In this document: piece after piece, positions 1 to 8,474 of the stretch | How positions within the stretch are numbered: the first letter of the stretch is position 1 | Layout of the letters: each line of letters opens with the position of its first letter | Assembly: GCA_046484865.1 (NCBI GenBank) | Contig: JAWOID010000086.1 | Location: 1-46,952, forward strand | Origin: Candidatus Krumholzibacteriia bacterium | Lineage (GTDB): Bacteria > Krumholzibacteriota > Krumholzibacteriia > LZORAL124-64-63 | Length of the DNA: 46,952 nucleotides | Direction: 5' to 3' | Translations under genes and position numbers: made by a program | Notes under the pieces: generated by a model | What the model saw: only the letters and a program-made list of their open reading frames with translations | What the model was told of the DNA's origin: nothing | Databases searched by the model: none

Positions 1-1
1 C

Positions 2-1711
2 AGCCTCACCTTCCGTCTGCGCCGGCTGCCGGCCGCGGCGGCGGCGCCGGTGATGGTGGCCCGGCGCGAGTTGCCCGCCGGAGCGGACCTCGCCGGCTCG
101 CACCTGCTCGCGGTCGACCTCGACGGTGACGGTTCCGACGAGATCGTGGCCGCGGGGCAGGCAGGCGAGGTCTGGGCGTTCGGGTCCGACCTCTCTGAGC
201 ACGTCGACCGGGACGGCGACCCCGCCACCATCGAGCCGCTGGCGGTGGGTCGCGACGGCGCCGGGCGACCGGTGGTCTGGAACCTGCCGGGCGCCGCAGG
301 CGACCTGGACGGCGACGGCGCGCTCGAGATCGTGCTCACCGGTCCGGACGGGCTCTACGGTTTCGACGCCACCGGGGACGAGATCGCCGACGGGGACCTC
401 GACCCTGCGAGCTTCGGCCGGCTGGTCGCACTGGAGGATTGCCGGATCCCGGCGGTGCTGATGCCCCGGCTGCTCGGCGCCGACCCCGGTGCGCCGGCGG
501 CCGCGGTGGTCGTGGAGTCGCGGGCGGGCGCCAGCGTCCTGCGCTTCCTGACCGCGGCCGGCGAGGAGTGGCCCGACGTGAATCTCGGTGCCGTCGCCGT
601 GGCGGCCCCGCCCGCGTACCTCGACCATGGCAACACCGGCCGGGTGGCGGTGGTCGTGACCGACACGACCGCCGGGGAGACCGCGCTGGTGGTGGTCGAG
701 CCGTCCGCGCGCGGGAACCCCGTGATCGGGGCGGTGCCGCTACCCGGACCGCCGGCGCCGTTGCCGCCGGTGGCGGTGGCCGTCGAGCCTGCCGCACCGC
801 ACCGCGTGCTGCAGGTGCTGGCCGACGGAAGAGTGGCGGTCGTGGATCTCGCTCCCGGCGACGAGCCCGCGGGTGCCGGGGTGGCGCTCTGGTCGGAGCG
901 ACTGACCGCGCGGGGGCCGGTCGCGCCCACAGGAGCGTTGGCGGCCGACGGGTTGTTCGGGGTGGCGCTCGGGGGCGGCGTGTGGGACGACGGCTGGCCG
1001 GCGCGCCCGGACCCGCCGGTGGCGCCGCGGCTCACCGCCGCATCGCCCCTGCCGCTCGCGGCCCGGGACGAGCGCGGGGGCGTACGGCAGGTCTTCACCG
1101 CGCGCGACGGCCGTCTGTACCTCTACGACTCCGCCGGGGCGCTGCAGGAGGGCTGGCCGCTGGCCGGCCCCGGGGCGGCGGCGGGAACGCCGCTGCTCGA
1201 CGACCTGGACGGCGACGGGACGGTGGAACTGGTGGCGGCGGGAGCGTTTCAGCGGATCACTGGACTGGTCGGCACCGGCGAGGCGCTGCAGACCGAGGCG
1301 CGCTCCGAACTCGCGGTCTGGCAGCTGGAGGGGCTGCAGCCCGGCCCGGTGCGGCAGTGGGGCGGTTCGCCCTGGCGCGCCGGAGCCTGGAGCACGGAGC
1401 CGGCCGACGGCGCCGAGGGGCTGTCCGGTCTGCTGGACGACGCCAGCGTGGTGTGCTATCCGAGTCCGCTCACCGTCCCCACGCTGCGTGTGCGTGGTAC
1501 GGTGGGCGCCGCCTGCCGCGTGCGCGCGGTGATCTACAATCTCGAGGGCGAGCAGGTGGCCGCCGCGGAGCCGCGCCAGGTGCCGGCAGGGACCTTCGAG
1601 CTCGAGGTCGACCTGGCCCGGGCCGTGACGGGGCTCTATCTCTGCCGGCTCGAGGCGATCCAGGATGGGCGGCGGTCCGACAGCGTGCGGACCGTGGCCG
1701 TGGTGCGCTGA
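2..1711 (+). CDS. 5'-truncated FG-GAP/VCBS repeat protein with C-terminal T9SS type-A-like sorting domain
   Basis: Frame is open from base 2. DLDGDG motifs (VDLDGDGSDEIV, GDLDGDGALEIV, DDLDGDGTVELV) and GWP motifs. C-terminus VCYPSP...IYNLEGEQV...TGLYLCRLEA...VAVVR resembles a YPNP-type CTD. Confidence 0.75.
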   Translation, partial: SLTFRLRRLPAAAAAPVMVARRELPAGADLAGSHLLAVDLDGDGSDEIVAAGQAGEVWAFGSDLSEHVDRDGDPATIEPLAVGRDGAGRPVVWNLPGAAGDLDGDGALEIVLTGPDGLYGFDATGDEIADGDLDPASFGRLVALEDCRIPAVLMPRLLGADPGAPAAAVVVESRAGASVLRFLTAAGEEWPDVNLGAVAVAAPPAYLDHGNTGRVAVVVTDTTAGETALVVVEPSARGNPVIGAVPLPGPPAPLPPVAVAVEPAAPHRVLQVLADGRVAVVDLAPGDEPAGAGVALWSERLTARGPVAPTGALAADGLFGVALGGGVWDDGWPARPDPPVAPRLTAASPLPLAARDERGGVRQVFTARDGRLYLYDSAGALQEGWPLAGPGAAAGTPLLDDLDGDGTVELVAAGAFQRITGLVGTGEALQTEARSELAVWQLEGLQPGPVRQWGGSPWRAGAWSTEPADGAEGLSGLLDDASVVCYPSPLTVPTLRVRGTVGAACRVRAVIYNLEGEQVAAAEPRQVPAGTFELEVDLARAVTGLYLCRLEAIQDGRRSDSVRTVAVVR

Positions 1712-1741
1712 CCCGGCCGCGCGGGCCAGCGGGGTGTCGCG

Positions 1742-1770
1742 TTGCCCCGCGGGCGCGCAGCCGCTAGTAT
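1742..1770 (+). promoter_or_regulatory. putative sigma70 promoter of the PorV-like gene
   Basis: TTGCCC-N17-TAGTAT in the intergenic gap. Confidence 0.45.
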
Positions 1771-1844
1771 CACGGGGCGGTCGCCTCCGCGGGACCACCC
1801 GGACACATCACCCGGTCACCGACCGGTGCAGAGAGAAGGGCCAG

Positions 1845-2780
1845 ATGGTGCGAGCAACACGATTCCTGCGGGGCATGGTGCTGGCGGCCACGGTGGCGGT
1901 CGCGTCTGGATCCGCCCCGGCTGCGGCCGGCAATCCCGGCGAGGCGGGAGCACTCTTCCTGCGCTTCGGCATCGGCGCGCGCGAGGCCGCCATGGGCGAG
2001 ACCGGCGTGGCCTCCACGAACGGACCCTCGGGCGCCTACTGGAACCCGGCGCGTGTGGCTTTCGAGGAACTGCAGACCGCTCTCGTGCTGCAGCACCACC
2101 GCTACCTCGGCCTGTTCGACCACGAGGCGGCGGGTCTGGTGCACCGCACCGGGTTCGGTCAGCTCGGGCTGGTCTTCTCGGGGCTCTACTCCGACGACAT
2201 CACCCGCTACAGCGCCGAGGGCGTGGGCGTGGGCGAGGGGACGTTCAGTCCCTACGACGTGTCGGTCGGCGTGAGCTTCTCGCGGCAATTGACGACCGAC
2301 TTCGCCGCCGGCGTCATGGCCAAGCTGGTCTACCAGCGCATCGACCTCTACAGCGACTCCGGCCTGGCCTTCGACCTCTTCCTCGCGCACCGGGCCATGA
2401 TCGACGGGCTCTACTTCGGGGCTTCGGCCACCAATCTCGGCGGCCAGATGGACATGAACAACGGCCCGTACGACCTGCCGCGCACCCTCCGGCTCGGCCT
2501 GGCCTACACGCCGCCGAAGGGCTTCGCCAGCCGGTTGACGCTGGCGAGCGACGTGGTGCTGCCGAACGATTCCAACGAGAAGCTGCACTTGGGGGCGGAA
2601 CTGCGCCTGATTCCCGAGCTGGCGCTGCGGGCGGGGACCCGGGTGGGCTACGACTCGAAGGGTCTGACGGCGGGCGCGGGCTTCCGCTACGGTGTGATCG
2701 GCGTTTCCTACGCCTACGACGAGATGACGACCGAGGGCTTCGACGACGGGCACAAGTTCTCGCTGGAACTCAACTACTAG
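1845..2780 (+). CDS. PorV/PorQ (UPF0164)-like outer-membrane beta-barrel, 311 aa
   Basis: Signal peptide; FLRFGIGAREAAMG and YWNPA motifs typical of PorV/FadL-like barrels; LPRTLRLG; C-terminal aromatic strand HKFSLELNY; purine-rich RBS before ATG 1845. Confidence 0.75.
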   Translation: MVRATRFLRGMVLAATVAVASGSAPAAAGNPGEAGALFLRFGIGAREAAMGETGVASTNGPSGAYWNPARVAFEELQTALVLQHHRYLGLFDHEAAGLVHRTGFGQLGLVFSGLYSDDITRYSAEGVGVGEGTFSPYDVSVGVSFSRQLTTDFAAGVMAKLVYQRIDLYSDSGLAFDLFLAHRAMIDGLYFGASATNLGGQMDMNNGPYDLPRTLRLGLAYTPPKGFASRLTLASDVVLPNDSNEKLHLGAELRLIPELALRAGTRVGYDSKGLTAGAGFRYGVIGVSYAYDEMTTEGFDDGHKFSLELNY

Positions 2781-2842
2781 GCTCTGTCCGGAAACCTCGG
2801 AAGGGCTTGGCCGGCCGGACCGGTGGACGGCGATCGTGCCGT

Positions 2843-3598
2843 TCAGAGCGTGGCGGGGCCCTGGGCCGGAAAGTCGGCCAGGGAGAAGAGCCCTTCCCGC
2901 AGGACGCCGTAGCCGAGCCGGTCGAGCCAGCTGCCGAGGATCGCCATCTGCCGCCCGTCGTGCTCCAGGAGCACGGGATGGTGCAGGTGCCCCATCACGA
3001 GCAGATCCCAGGGCGGGTGGCGGCGCCGGCGCAGCCATCGGCGCGCCTTCGCTTCCATCTGCGCGGCCTCGTCGCGGTCGGCGGCCCGGCTGGTGCCGCT
3101 CAGCCACGTGCTCAGCGCGAAGAGCAGCTCCGGGTGGACGGCCTTGGCGAGCACGATACCCGTCCGCCGGCGCACCAGCCAGCGGAACGAGGCGTACGCC
3201 CAGTCGCGCACCAGCAGACCGTCGCCGTGGGTCAGATGGATACGGCGCCCATCCAGTTCCAGGGTGATCGGGTCGCCGGCGGGCTCGCTCCCGTAGCGCT
3301 CGTGCAGGTAGCCGGCGGCCCAGATGTCGTGATTGCCGCCCACGAAGTGGATCCGGCTGCCGGCGTCGCGGACCCGGTCCAGTGCCTGCAGGATCTCCTC
3401 GTAGCCGCGCAGCCGGAAATGAGGATAATCGAACCAGAAGTCGAAGATGTCTCCGAGCAGCGCCAGGTGGGGAACGCCCGCCGCCGCCTCGAGGAACGCA
3501 ACGAAGCGCTCTACCCGGCGCGCCTCGGCCGCGGCCGGGCGCAGGTGGAAGTGGGAATCGGCGACGAAGAGCGCCGTGGGCTGGGTCGCAACCTTCAT
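2843..3598 (-). CDS. lpxH: UDP-2,3-diacylglucosamine diphosphatase-like calcineurin-family metallophosphoesterase (LpxH-like)
   Basis: Motifs ADSH, GDIFDFW, GNHD, HGD, GHLH. Alternative start at 3610. Confidence 0.7.
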   Translation of the reverse strand: MKVATQPTALFVADSHFHLRPAAAEARRVERFVAFLEAAAGVPHLALLGDIFDFWFDYPHFRLRGYEEILQALDRVRDAGSRIHFVGGNHDIWAAGYLHERYGSEPAGDPITLELDGRRIHLTHGDGLLVRDWAYASFRWLVRRRTGIVLAKAVHPELLFALSTWLSGTSRAADRDEAAQMEAKARRWLRRRRHPPWDLLVMGHLHHPVLLEHDGRQMAILGSWLDRLGYGVLREGLFSLADFPAQGPATL

Positions 3599-3695
3599 GG
3601 CGCTTACCATGTATAGGATGCGTCTGGAAAGGGCAACCCGGAATAACGCGGGCCCGGCCGGCCACCGCCGGCGGCCCGCCAGGAGGGAGACCGTC

Positions 3696-4337
3696 ATGTC
3701 CTTGTGGGATCGGGTCAAAGTCAACCTCACGGAGTGGTACACCGTCGCCGCGGACAAGACGGAGGAGGTGACCAGGGTCGGCATGCGCCGGTACGATCGC
3801 TTCGGCATCAGCCGCGACATCGAGCGGCAACTCACGGAGCTGGGCAGCATCGTCTACACCGCGCACCGCGAAGGGCGTGCGGATGTCGCGGAAAGCCCCA
3901 CGTACGCGGCCATCATCCGGCGGGTGGAGGAGCTCGAGGCGGAACTCCAGCGCAAGGAGGAGGAGATCGAGGCGATCCGCCGCGAGGCGCGCACGGCCCG
4001 CGAGCGCAAGTCCACGGAGCACACCCGACCGGGCGCGGGATTCGAGGGCGCCGGCCCGGCGGGCGGCGCGGGCGCCGGCGCGACCGGAACGGGGGAGACC
4101 GACAGCGGCGCCGGCCAGCGAGCCATGGAGGATCCGCCAGGCCCGGACGTGCGCCATGACGATCCCTCGGCCGGCGAGTGGCCCGACGCGCCGCGGCCCG
4201 ACGCACCTCGGCCCGACGCACCTCGGCCCGACTCCCCCGATACGACCCATCCCCGGGAATCGGCGGCTCCGGACCCCGGTGATCCAACCGGCCCGGCATG
4301 GCCCACCGAAGATCCGCGCCGGGAGGAGGGGCGGTAG
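3696..4337 (+). CDS. hypothetical protein: helical/coiled-coil N-half plus Pro/Asp/Gly-rich disordered tail
   Basis: AGGAGG RBS before ATG 3696; high GC3; charged helical segment IIRRVEELEAELQRKEEEIEAIRR. Confidence 0.75.
   Translation: MSLWDRVKVNLTEWYTVAADKTEEVTRVGMRRYDRFGISRDIERQLTELGSIVYTAHREGRADVAESPTYAAIIRRVEELEAELQRKEEEIEAIRREARTARERKSTEHTRPGAGFEGAGPAGGAGAGATGTGETDSGAGQRAMEDPPGPDVRHDDPSAGEWPDAPRPDAPRPDAPRPDSPDTTHPRESAAPDPGDPTGPAWPTEDPRREEGR
4180..4239 (+). repeat. 15-bp tandem repeat x4 (GGCCCGACGCACCTC) encoding PDAPR repeats
   Basis: Two identical and two degenerate units read directly. Confidence 0.9.
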
Positions 4338-4367
4338 CAAGAGGACCATGACCGTCCGAAAAGGGCA

Positions 4368-4396
4368 TTGACAGCGGGCCCCGGGTGGGCTACGAT
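4368..4396 (+). promoter_or_regulatory. sigma70 promoter upstream of degP
   Basis: Perfect TTGACA-N17-TACGAT; it overlaps the ORF-track start at 4385, so the true start is downstream. Confidence 0.7.
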
Positions 4397-4543
4397 TCGC
4401 GTGCGTTCCCAGCGACTCCCCGGGGCTCCGCTGCTGGTGGGACCCCGATACCCCTGCGCTCGACTCGACTGCGCGGCCCGCGAGTTGTGATCTCGCGCGA
4501 CGGCGCGGTCACCGGCGACGACCCCACGGGCGGAGATCTCGAA

Positions 4544-6115
4544 TTGACCGATTTCGGTTGCCACCGCATCCCGCGTCGGGACGTGTCCGCGCGGGCGTAC
4601 GGCCGCACGGCGGACCTGAACTCGGCGGTGCCGGTTCGCACGGCGACGATCACGGCGCTCGTGACCGTCCTCGCCACGCTGTCGCTCCTGGCGCTGATCT
4701 CGTCGTCCGCCGGCGCCGCCGCGGCGCCCCCGGCGACCGTCGGCCCCATCAACCGCGACCAGCCCCGATCGCCGTTCGTCGACGTGGGCCGGGAGGTACG
4801 TCCGGCGGTGGTGAACATCCGCACCGTGCGCAGCGTCACCCGCGGCGGCGTGGACACCGGGCCCCTGGCCGAGATGTTCCGGCAGTTCTTCCCCGAGGGC
4901 GAGGGCGGCGGGGACAACCGGTTCGAGAATCCGGGCTCGGGTTCCGGCTTCGTGATCGCCGGCGCGGGCGACATCCTCACCAACCACCACGTCATCGATC
5001 GCGCCGACGCGATCTTCGTGCGGTTTTCCGGCGAGACGGAGGAGTACCCGGCCGAACTGGTCGGCACCGACCCCAACACGGACCTGGCGCTGATTCGCAT
5101 CGCTCCGGGCGACCGCCGCCTGCGGGTCCTCGAGTACGCCGACTCGGACGAGGTGGAGGTGGGTGACTGGGCCATCGCCGTGGGGAATCCGTTCGGACAC
5201 CTGGAAGGCAGCCTCACCGTGGGCGTGGTCAGCGCGAAGGGACGGGGCGACCTGGTGATCCAGGGACTGACGCCGCGCTACCAGGATTTCCTGCAGACCG
5301 ACGCCTCCATCAACTTCGGCAACAGCGGCGGGCCGCTGGTGGACATCCACGGGCGGGTGATCGGTGTCAACACGGCCATCAGCGCCGGCGGGCAGGGGAT
5401 CGGCTTCGCGGTCCCCAGCAACCTGGCGCGAAGGGTGGCGGAGCAGCTGGTCGCCCACGGCCGCGTGATCCGCGGCTACCTGGGGTTGCGCACCGAGGGC
5501 GTGGTGGTGCGGGCGGGCGAGCCTGCGCCGGAGGGGGTGCGGGCGGGGGCGCGAGTGGTGGGCGTGACGCCCGGATCGCCGGCCGCTGCCGCGGGGGTGC
5601 AGGAAGGCGACGTCGTCGTCTCGTTCGCGGGCCGGGAGATCCGGAACAACCGCCAGCTCCTGTTCCTGGTGGCCGATTCGCCGCTGGAGGTTCCGATCGA
5701 CCTCGAAGTCGTCCGGGACGGTAAACGCCGGCGCTTCGAGGTTCGTCTGGTTGAGTTCGAGAGCGATTCCCGCCCGGCACCGGCCGCAACCGGTCCGTGG
5801 CTGGGGATGGAGGTGGCCTCCCTGACCAGCGCCGACCCGCGGGCGCAACGTCTCAAGGAGGCCCTGGGCGTGACCGCCACCAGCGGCGTGCTGGTGGTCG
5901 AGGTCGAGGAGGGCCAGCCCGCGGCGGAAGCCGGTATCCGCCCCGGAGACGTGCTGGTCGCCGTGAACGGTCGGGACATCGTGGATCCGGTCGGCTGGGA
6001 ACGCCTGCGGGCGGAGCTGGCCGGACGATACGAGCCGCTGACCGTGCTCTTGCGGACGGGCGACGTGGAGAATTACGTCGTGGTCCGCCCCAGCGATCCG
6101 GGCGTGGAGCAGTGA
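4544..6115 (+). CDS. degP: HtrA/DegP-DegQ family periplasmic serine protease with two PDZ domains
   Basis: Catalytic triad motifs TNHHV, TDLALI, QTDASINFGNSGGPL; two PDZ units (SPAAAAGVQEGDVV, QPAAEAGIRPGDVL). Start uncertain: TTG 4544 follows GGAG, GTG 4628 is the alternative. Confidence 0.9.
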   Translation: MTDFGCHRIPRRDVSARAYGRTADLNSAVPVRTATITALVTVLATLSLLALISSSAGAAAAPPATVGPINRDQPRSPFVDVGREVRPAVVNIRTVRSVTRGGVDTGPLAEMFRQFFPEGEGGGDNRFENPGSGSGFVIAGAGDILTNHHVIDRADAIFVRFSGETEEYPAELVGTDPNTDLALIRIAPGDRRLRVLEYADSDEVEVGDWAIAVGNPFGHLEGSLTVGVVSAKGRGDLVIQGLTPRYQDFLQTDASINFGNSGGPLVDIHGRVIGVNTAISAGGQGIGFAVPSNLARRVAEQLVAHGRVIRGYLGLRTEGVVVRAGEPAPEGVRAGARVVGVTPGSPAAAAGVQEGDVVVSFAGREIRNNRQLLFLVADSPLEVPIDLEVVRDGKRRRFEVRLVEFESDSRPAPAATGPWLGMEVASLTSADPRAQRLKEALGVTATSGVLVVEVEEGQPAAEAGIRPGDVLVAVNGRDIVDPVGWERLRAELAGRYEPLTVLLRTGDVENYVVVRPSDPGVEQ

Positions 6116-6165
6116 CCCCGCGCCCGGCAGGAACGGCACACCCACGCCGTCAAGGAGTCCCGGCA

Positions 6166-7020
6166 ATGGCGAGCCGCAAGACCATCCTTCCGGCCACCCA
6201 CGAGAGGGGCCTGGAGGTCTACTTCCGCGACATCAATCGATACTCCCTGCTGACGCGCGAGGAGGAAGTGTCGCTCGCATGCCGCATCCAGACCGGGGAC
6301 GAGGAGGCGCTCAAGATCCTGGTGCGAGCCAACCTGCGCTTCGTCGTCTCCGTGGCCAAGCGATACACGGGTCAGGGGCTTCTGCTCTCGGACCTGATCA
6401 ACGAAGGCAACCTCGGCCTGCTGAAGGCCGCCGGCCGCTTCGACGAGAAGCGGGGCTACCGCTTCATCTCGTACGCGGTCTGGTGGATCCGACAGTCGAT
6501 CATGCAGGCGCTGCTGGACAAGTCGCGCACGGTGCGGCTGCCCCAGAATCAGACAGCTCTGCTGCTGAAGATCCATCGCACCCGGCAGGTGCTCCAGAAC
6601 GAGGGCATTCCCAACCCGGACGCCGACCAGATCGCGCTGCGCCTCGAGGTGGATCCCGAGGACGTGCGCTGGGCCCTGCGCTCGGATCGGGTGGAGATGG
6701 GGCTGGACGACATCGGCACCGACGGGACCGACCGGCCCCTGCGCGAGGTCCTCGAGGACGAGAACCAGCCGTCGCCGGAGCTGGGGGTGCTCGAGCGAGG
6801 ACTGCGGGAAGACGTCCGCCGGGCGCTCTCGTGCCTGACCGAACGCGAGCGCCAGATCATCATCCAGTACTTCGGCCTGAGCTTCGAGGACGCGCAGACC
6901 CTGCAGGTGATCGGCGAGCGTCTCGGCCTCACCCGCGAGCGGGTCCGGCAGATCAAGGAGAAGGCGCTGGAGAAGATGCGCACGTCGACCAGCCGCGAGA
7001 TCCTGCTGGACTACTACTGA
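6166..7020 (+). CDS. RpoD/SigA-family sigma70 factor, short form lacking region 1.1 (284 aa)
   Basis: AAGGAG RBS; ANLRFVVSVAKRY, DLINEGNLGLLKAA, FISYAVWWIRQSI, LTRERVRQIKEKAL. Confidence 0.92.
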   Translation: MASRKTILPATHERGLEVYFRDINRYSLLTREEEVSLACRIQTGDEEALKILVRANLRFVVSVAKRYTGQGLLLSDLINEGNLGLLKAAGRFDEKRGYRFISYAVWWIRQSIMQALLDKSRTVRLPQNQTALLLKIHRTRQVLQNEGIPNPDADQIALRLEVDPEDVRWALRSDRVEMGLDDIGTDGTDRPLREVLEDENQPSPELGVLERGLREDVRRALSCLTERERQIIIQYFGLSFEDAQTLQVIGERLGLTRERVRQIKEKALEKMRTSTSREILLDYY

Positions 7021-7047
7021 GATCCGATCGGGTGAGATCCGATCGGG
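7018..7047 (+). repeat. perfect 15-bp tandem duplication TGAGATCCGATCGGG x2 including the sigma stop codon
   Basis: Read directly; each unit contains the palindrome CCGATCGG. Confidence 0.9.
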
Positions 7048-7268
7048 CGTTATGCCTCCTGATCGCCCCACGACACTGCGCGGCCGTCTCTCCGGAGCGG
7101 CCGCGTGGTTCGTCTGCGGCATCTGCGGCGAAACGACGGGGCATCCAGGTCCACCGCGGGCCACGAGCCGGCCTTCCCGGCGCCGATGGTCCGCCCGGCG
7201 GAACGATTCTTGCGAAAACCAAGGGGCCGAACTGCCGCAGATCGGCTCTGGTCGGCCGACCTTCCGGG

Positions 7269-7296
7269 TTGACACCCCCGGAGGCCGGGATATGTT
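7269..7296 (+). promoter_or_regulatory. sigma70 promoter upstream of the M23 peptidase
   Basis: TTGACA-N16-TATGTT. Confidence 0.6.
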
Positions 7297-7345
7297 GGTG
7301 GCTCCACCGGCCGCCCGGACGCCAGCAGAACGACACCGGATCCGC

Positions 7346-8293
7346 ATGAGACTGAAGAAACATTACGATTTCCTCTACGTGCCGGAGGACCACGCCGGCA
7401 CGCGCCAGTTCCGTGTCCGGCGGGGCGCGATCGTGGGCGCGGCCGTCGCGGTGGGGCTGCTCGCGGTCACGGCGGCGGCCTACGTGACCGGGCTCGTGGA
7501 GGGTTCGAGCTGGCGTCCCGGCGGGTCGCCGCTGGCGCACGAGAACCGGCTCCTGCGGGGCGAGGTCGATCGGCTGGTCGGCGACGTGGACCTCCTGCGC
7601 GGCGACATGAAGGAGATCTTCCAGATCCAGGGTCTCCTGGCGCGGGCGGCGGATCTGGAGCCGCTCGACGCCGTGACCTTCCAGGCGGGCGTGGGCGGTC
7701 GCGGACCGCTGGAACCGGGCGGAGCCGCCCGGGAGGCGGCGGGTCTGCTCGGCCTGACCGCGGCCGGCAGGACCGCTCAACTCGAGCGAGATCTGGATCT
7801 CCTCCTGCGTCAGGCGCGCATCCAGCGGCAGGGTTTCGAGGCGATCCTCGACACGCTCACGGCCCGCAGCACGGCGCGCCGGCACATCCCCTCCATCCGG
7901 CCCTGCGACATCGGCTGGCTGAGTTCCCGCTACGGCCTGCGGCAGGATCCGTTCACCGGACAGCGGATCTTCCACCGCGGCGTCGACTTCTCGCTCCCGC
8001 TGGGCAGTCCCGTGCGGGTGACCGGCGACGGCACCGTCGTCGCCGTGCAGCGCCAGCGGGGGCTGGGCAAGCTCGTGAAGGTGGATCACGGCGGCGGCGT
8101 GACCACGATCTACGGCCACCTGGGCGGAGTCCTGGTCGAGAAGGGACAGCAGGTGAGCCGGGGCGACGTGATCGCCGAGTCCGGCAACTCGGGCCGCTCC
8201 ACCGGTCCGCACCTGCACTACGAGATCCGCGTGGACGGCCGCGCGGTGAACCCGCTCTCCTACATCCTCGACAGCTACGCGCGCGCCGACTGA
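7346..8293 (+). CDS. M23 family murein endopeptidase with N-terminal TM helix and coiled coil
   Basis: HRGVD (HxxxD), YGHL, SGNSGRSTGPHLHYEI. Confidence 0.92.
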   Translation: MRLKKHYDFLYVPEDHAGTRQFRVRRGAIVGAAVAVGLLAVTAAAYVTGLVEGSSWRPGGSPLAHENRLLRGEVDRLVGDVDLLRGDMKEIFQIQGLLARAADLEPLDAVTFQAGVGGRGPLEPGGAAREAAGLLGLTAAGRTAQLERDLDLLLRQARIQRQGFEAILDTLTARSTARRHIPSIRPCDIGWLSSRYGLRQDPFTGQRIFHRGVDFSLPLGSPVRVTGDGTVVAVQRQRGLGKLVKVDHGGGVTTIYGHLGGVLVEKGQQVSRGDVIAESGNSGRSTGPHLHYEIRVDGRAVNPLSYILDSYARAD

Positions 8294-8389
8294 ATCCGGG
8301 CGGCGCCGGCCGTGCCCCGGAACGGTGCGACGGCGGGTTCAGCGGGCGTGCACACGCTGGTCGGGGCGCTCCGGCCATCCAGGCGACCC

Positions 8390-8417
8390 TTGCAAAGAAC
8401 CCGCGCTGTGCTAGTCT
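8390..8417 (+). promoter_or_regulatory. putative sigma70 promoter of the amiC-cdaR-like-PhnD-like run
   Basis: TTGCAA-N16-TAGTCT with extended -10 TG. Confidence 0.5.
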
Positions 8418-8474
8418 TGGCTTCGGCGAGACGCGGAGGGAGCCGCGAGCCGAAACCGGGAGCGACCGCCGGGC

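Noticed and set aside
4397..4543. RNA thermometer or structured leader of degP
   Set aside because: Start codon uncertain and pairings weak for this GC content; not supportable by eye
4180..7047. Short repeats as CRISPR remnants
   Set aside because: Units are directly adjacent without spacers, 15 bp long, and there are no cas genes
7048..7268. Possible sRNA in the sigma-M23 intergenic gap
   Set aside because: Only short GC-rich pairings, as expected by chance; no clear promoter-terminator pair
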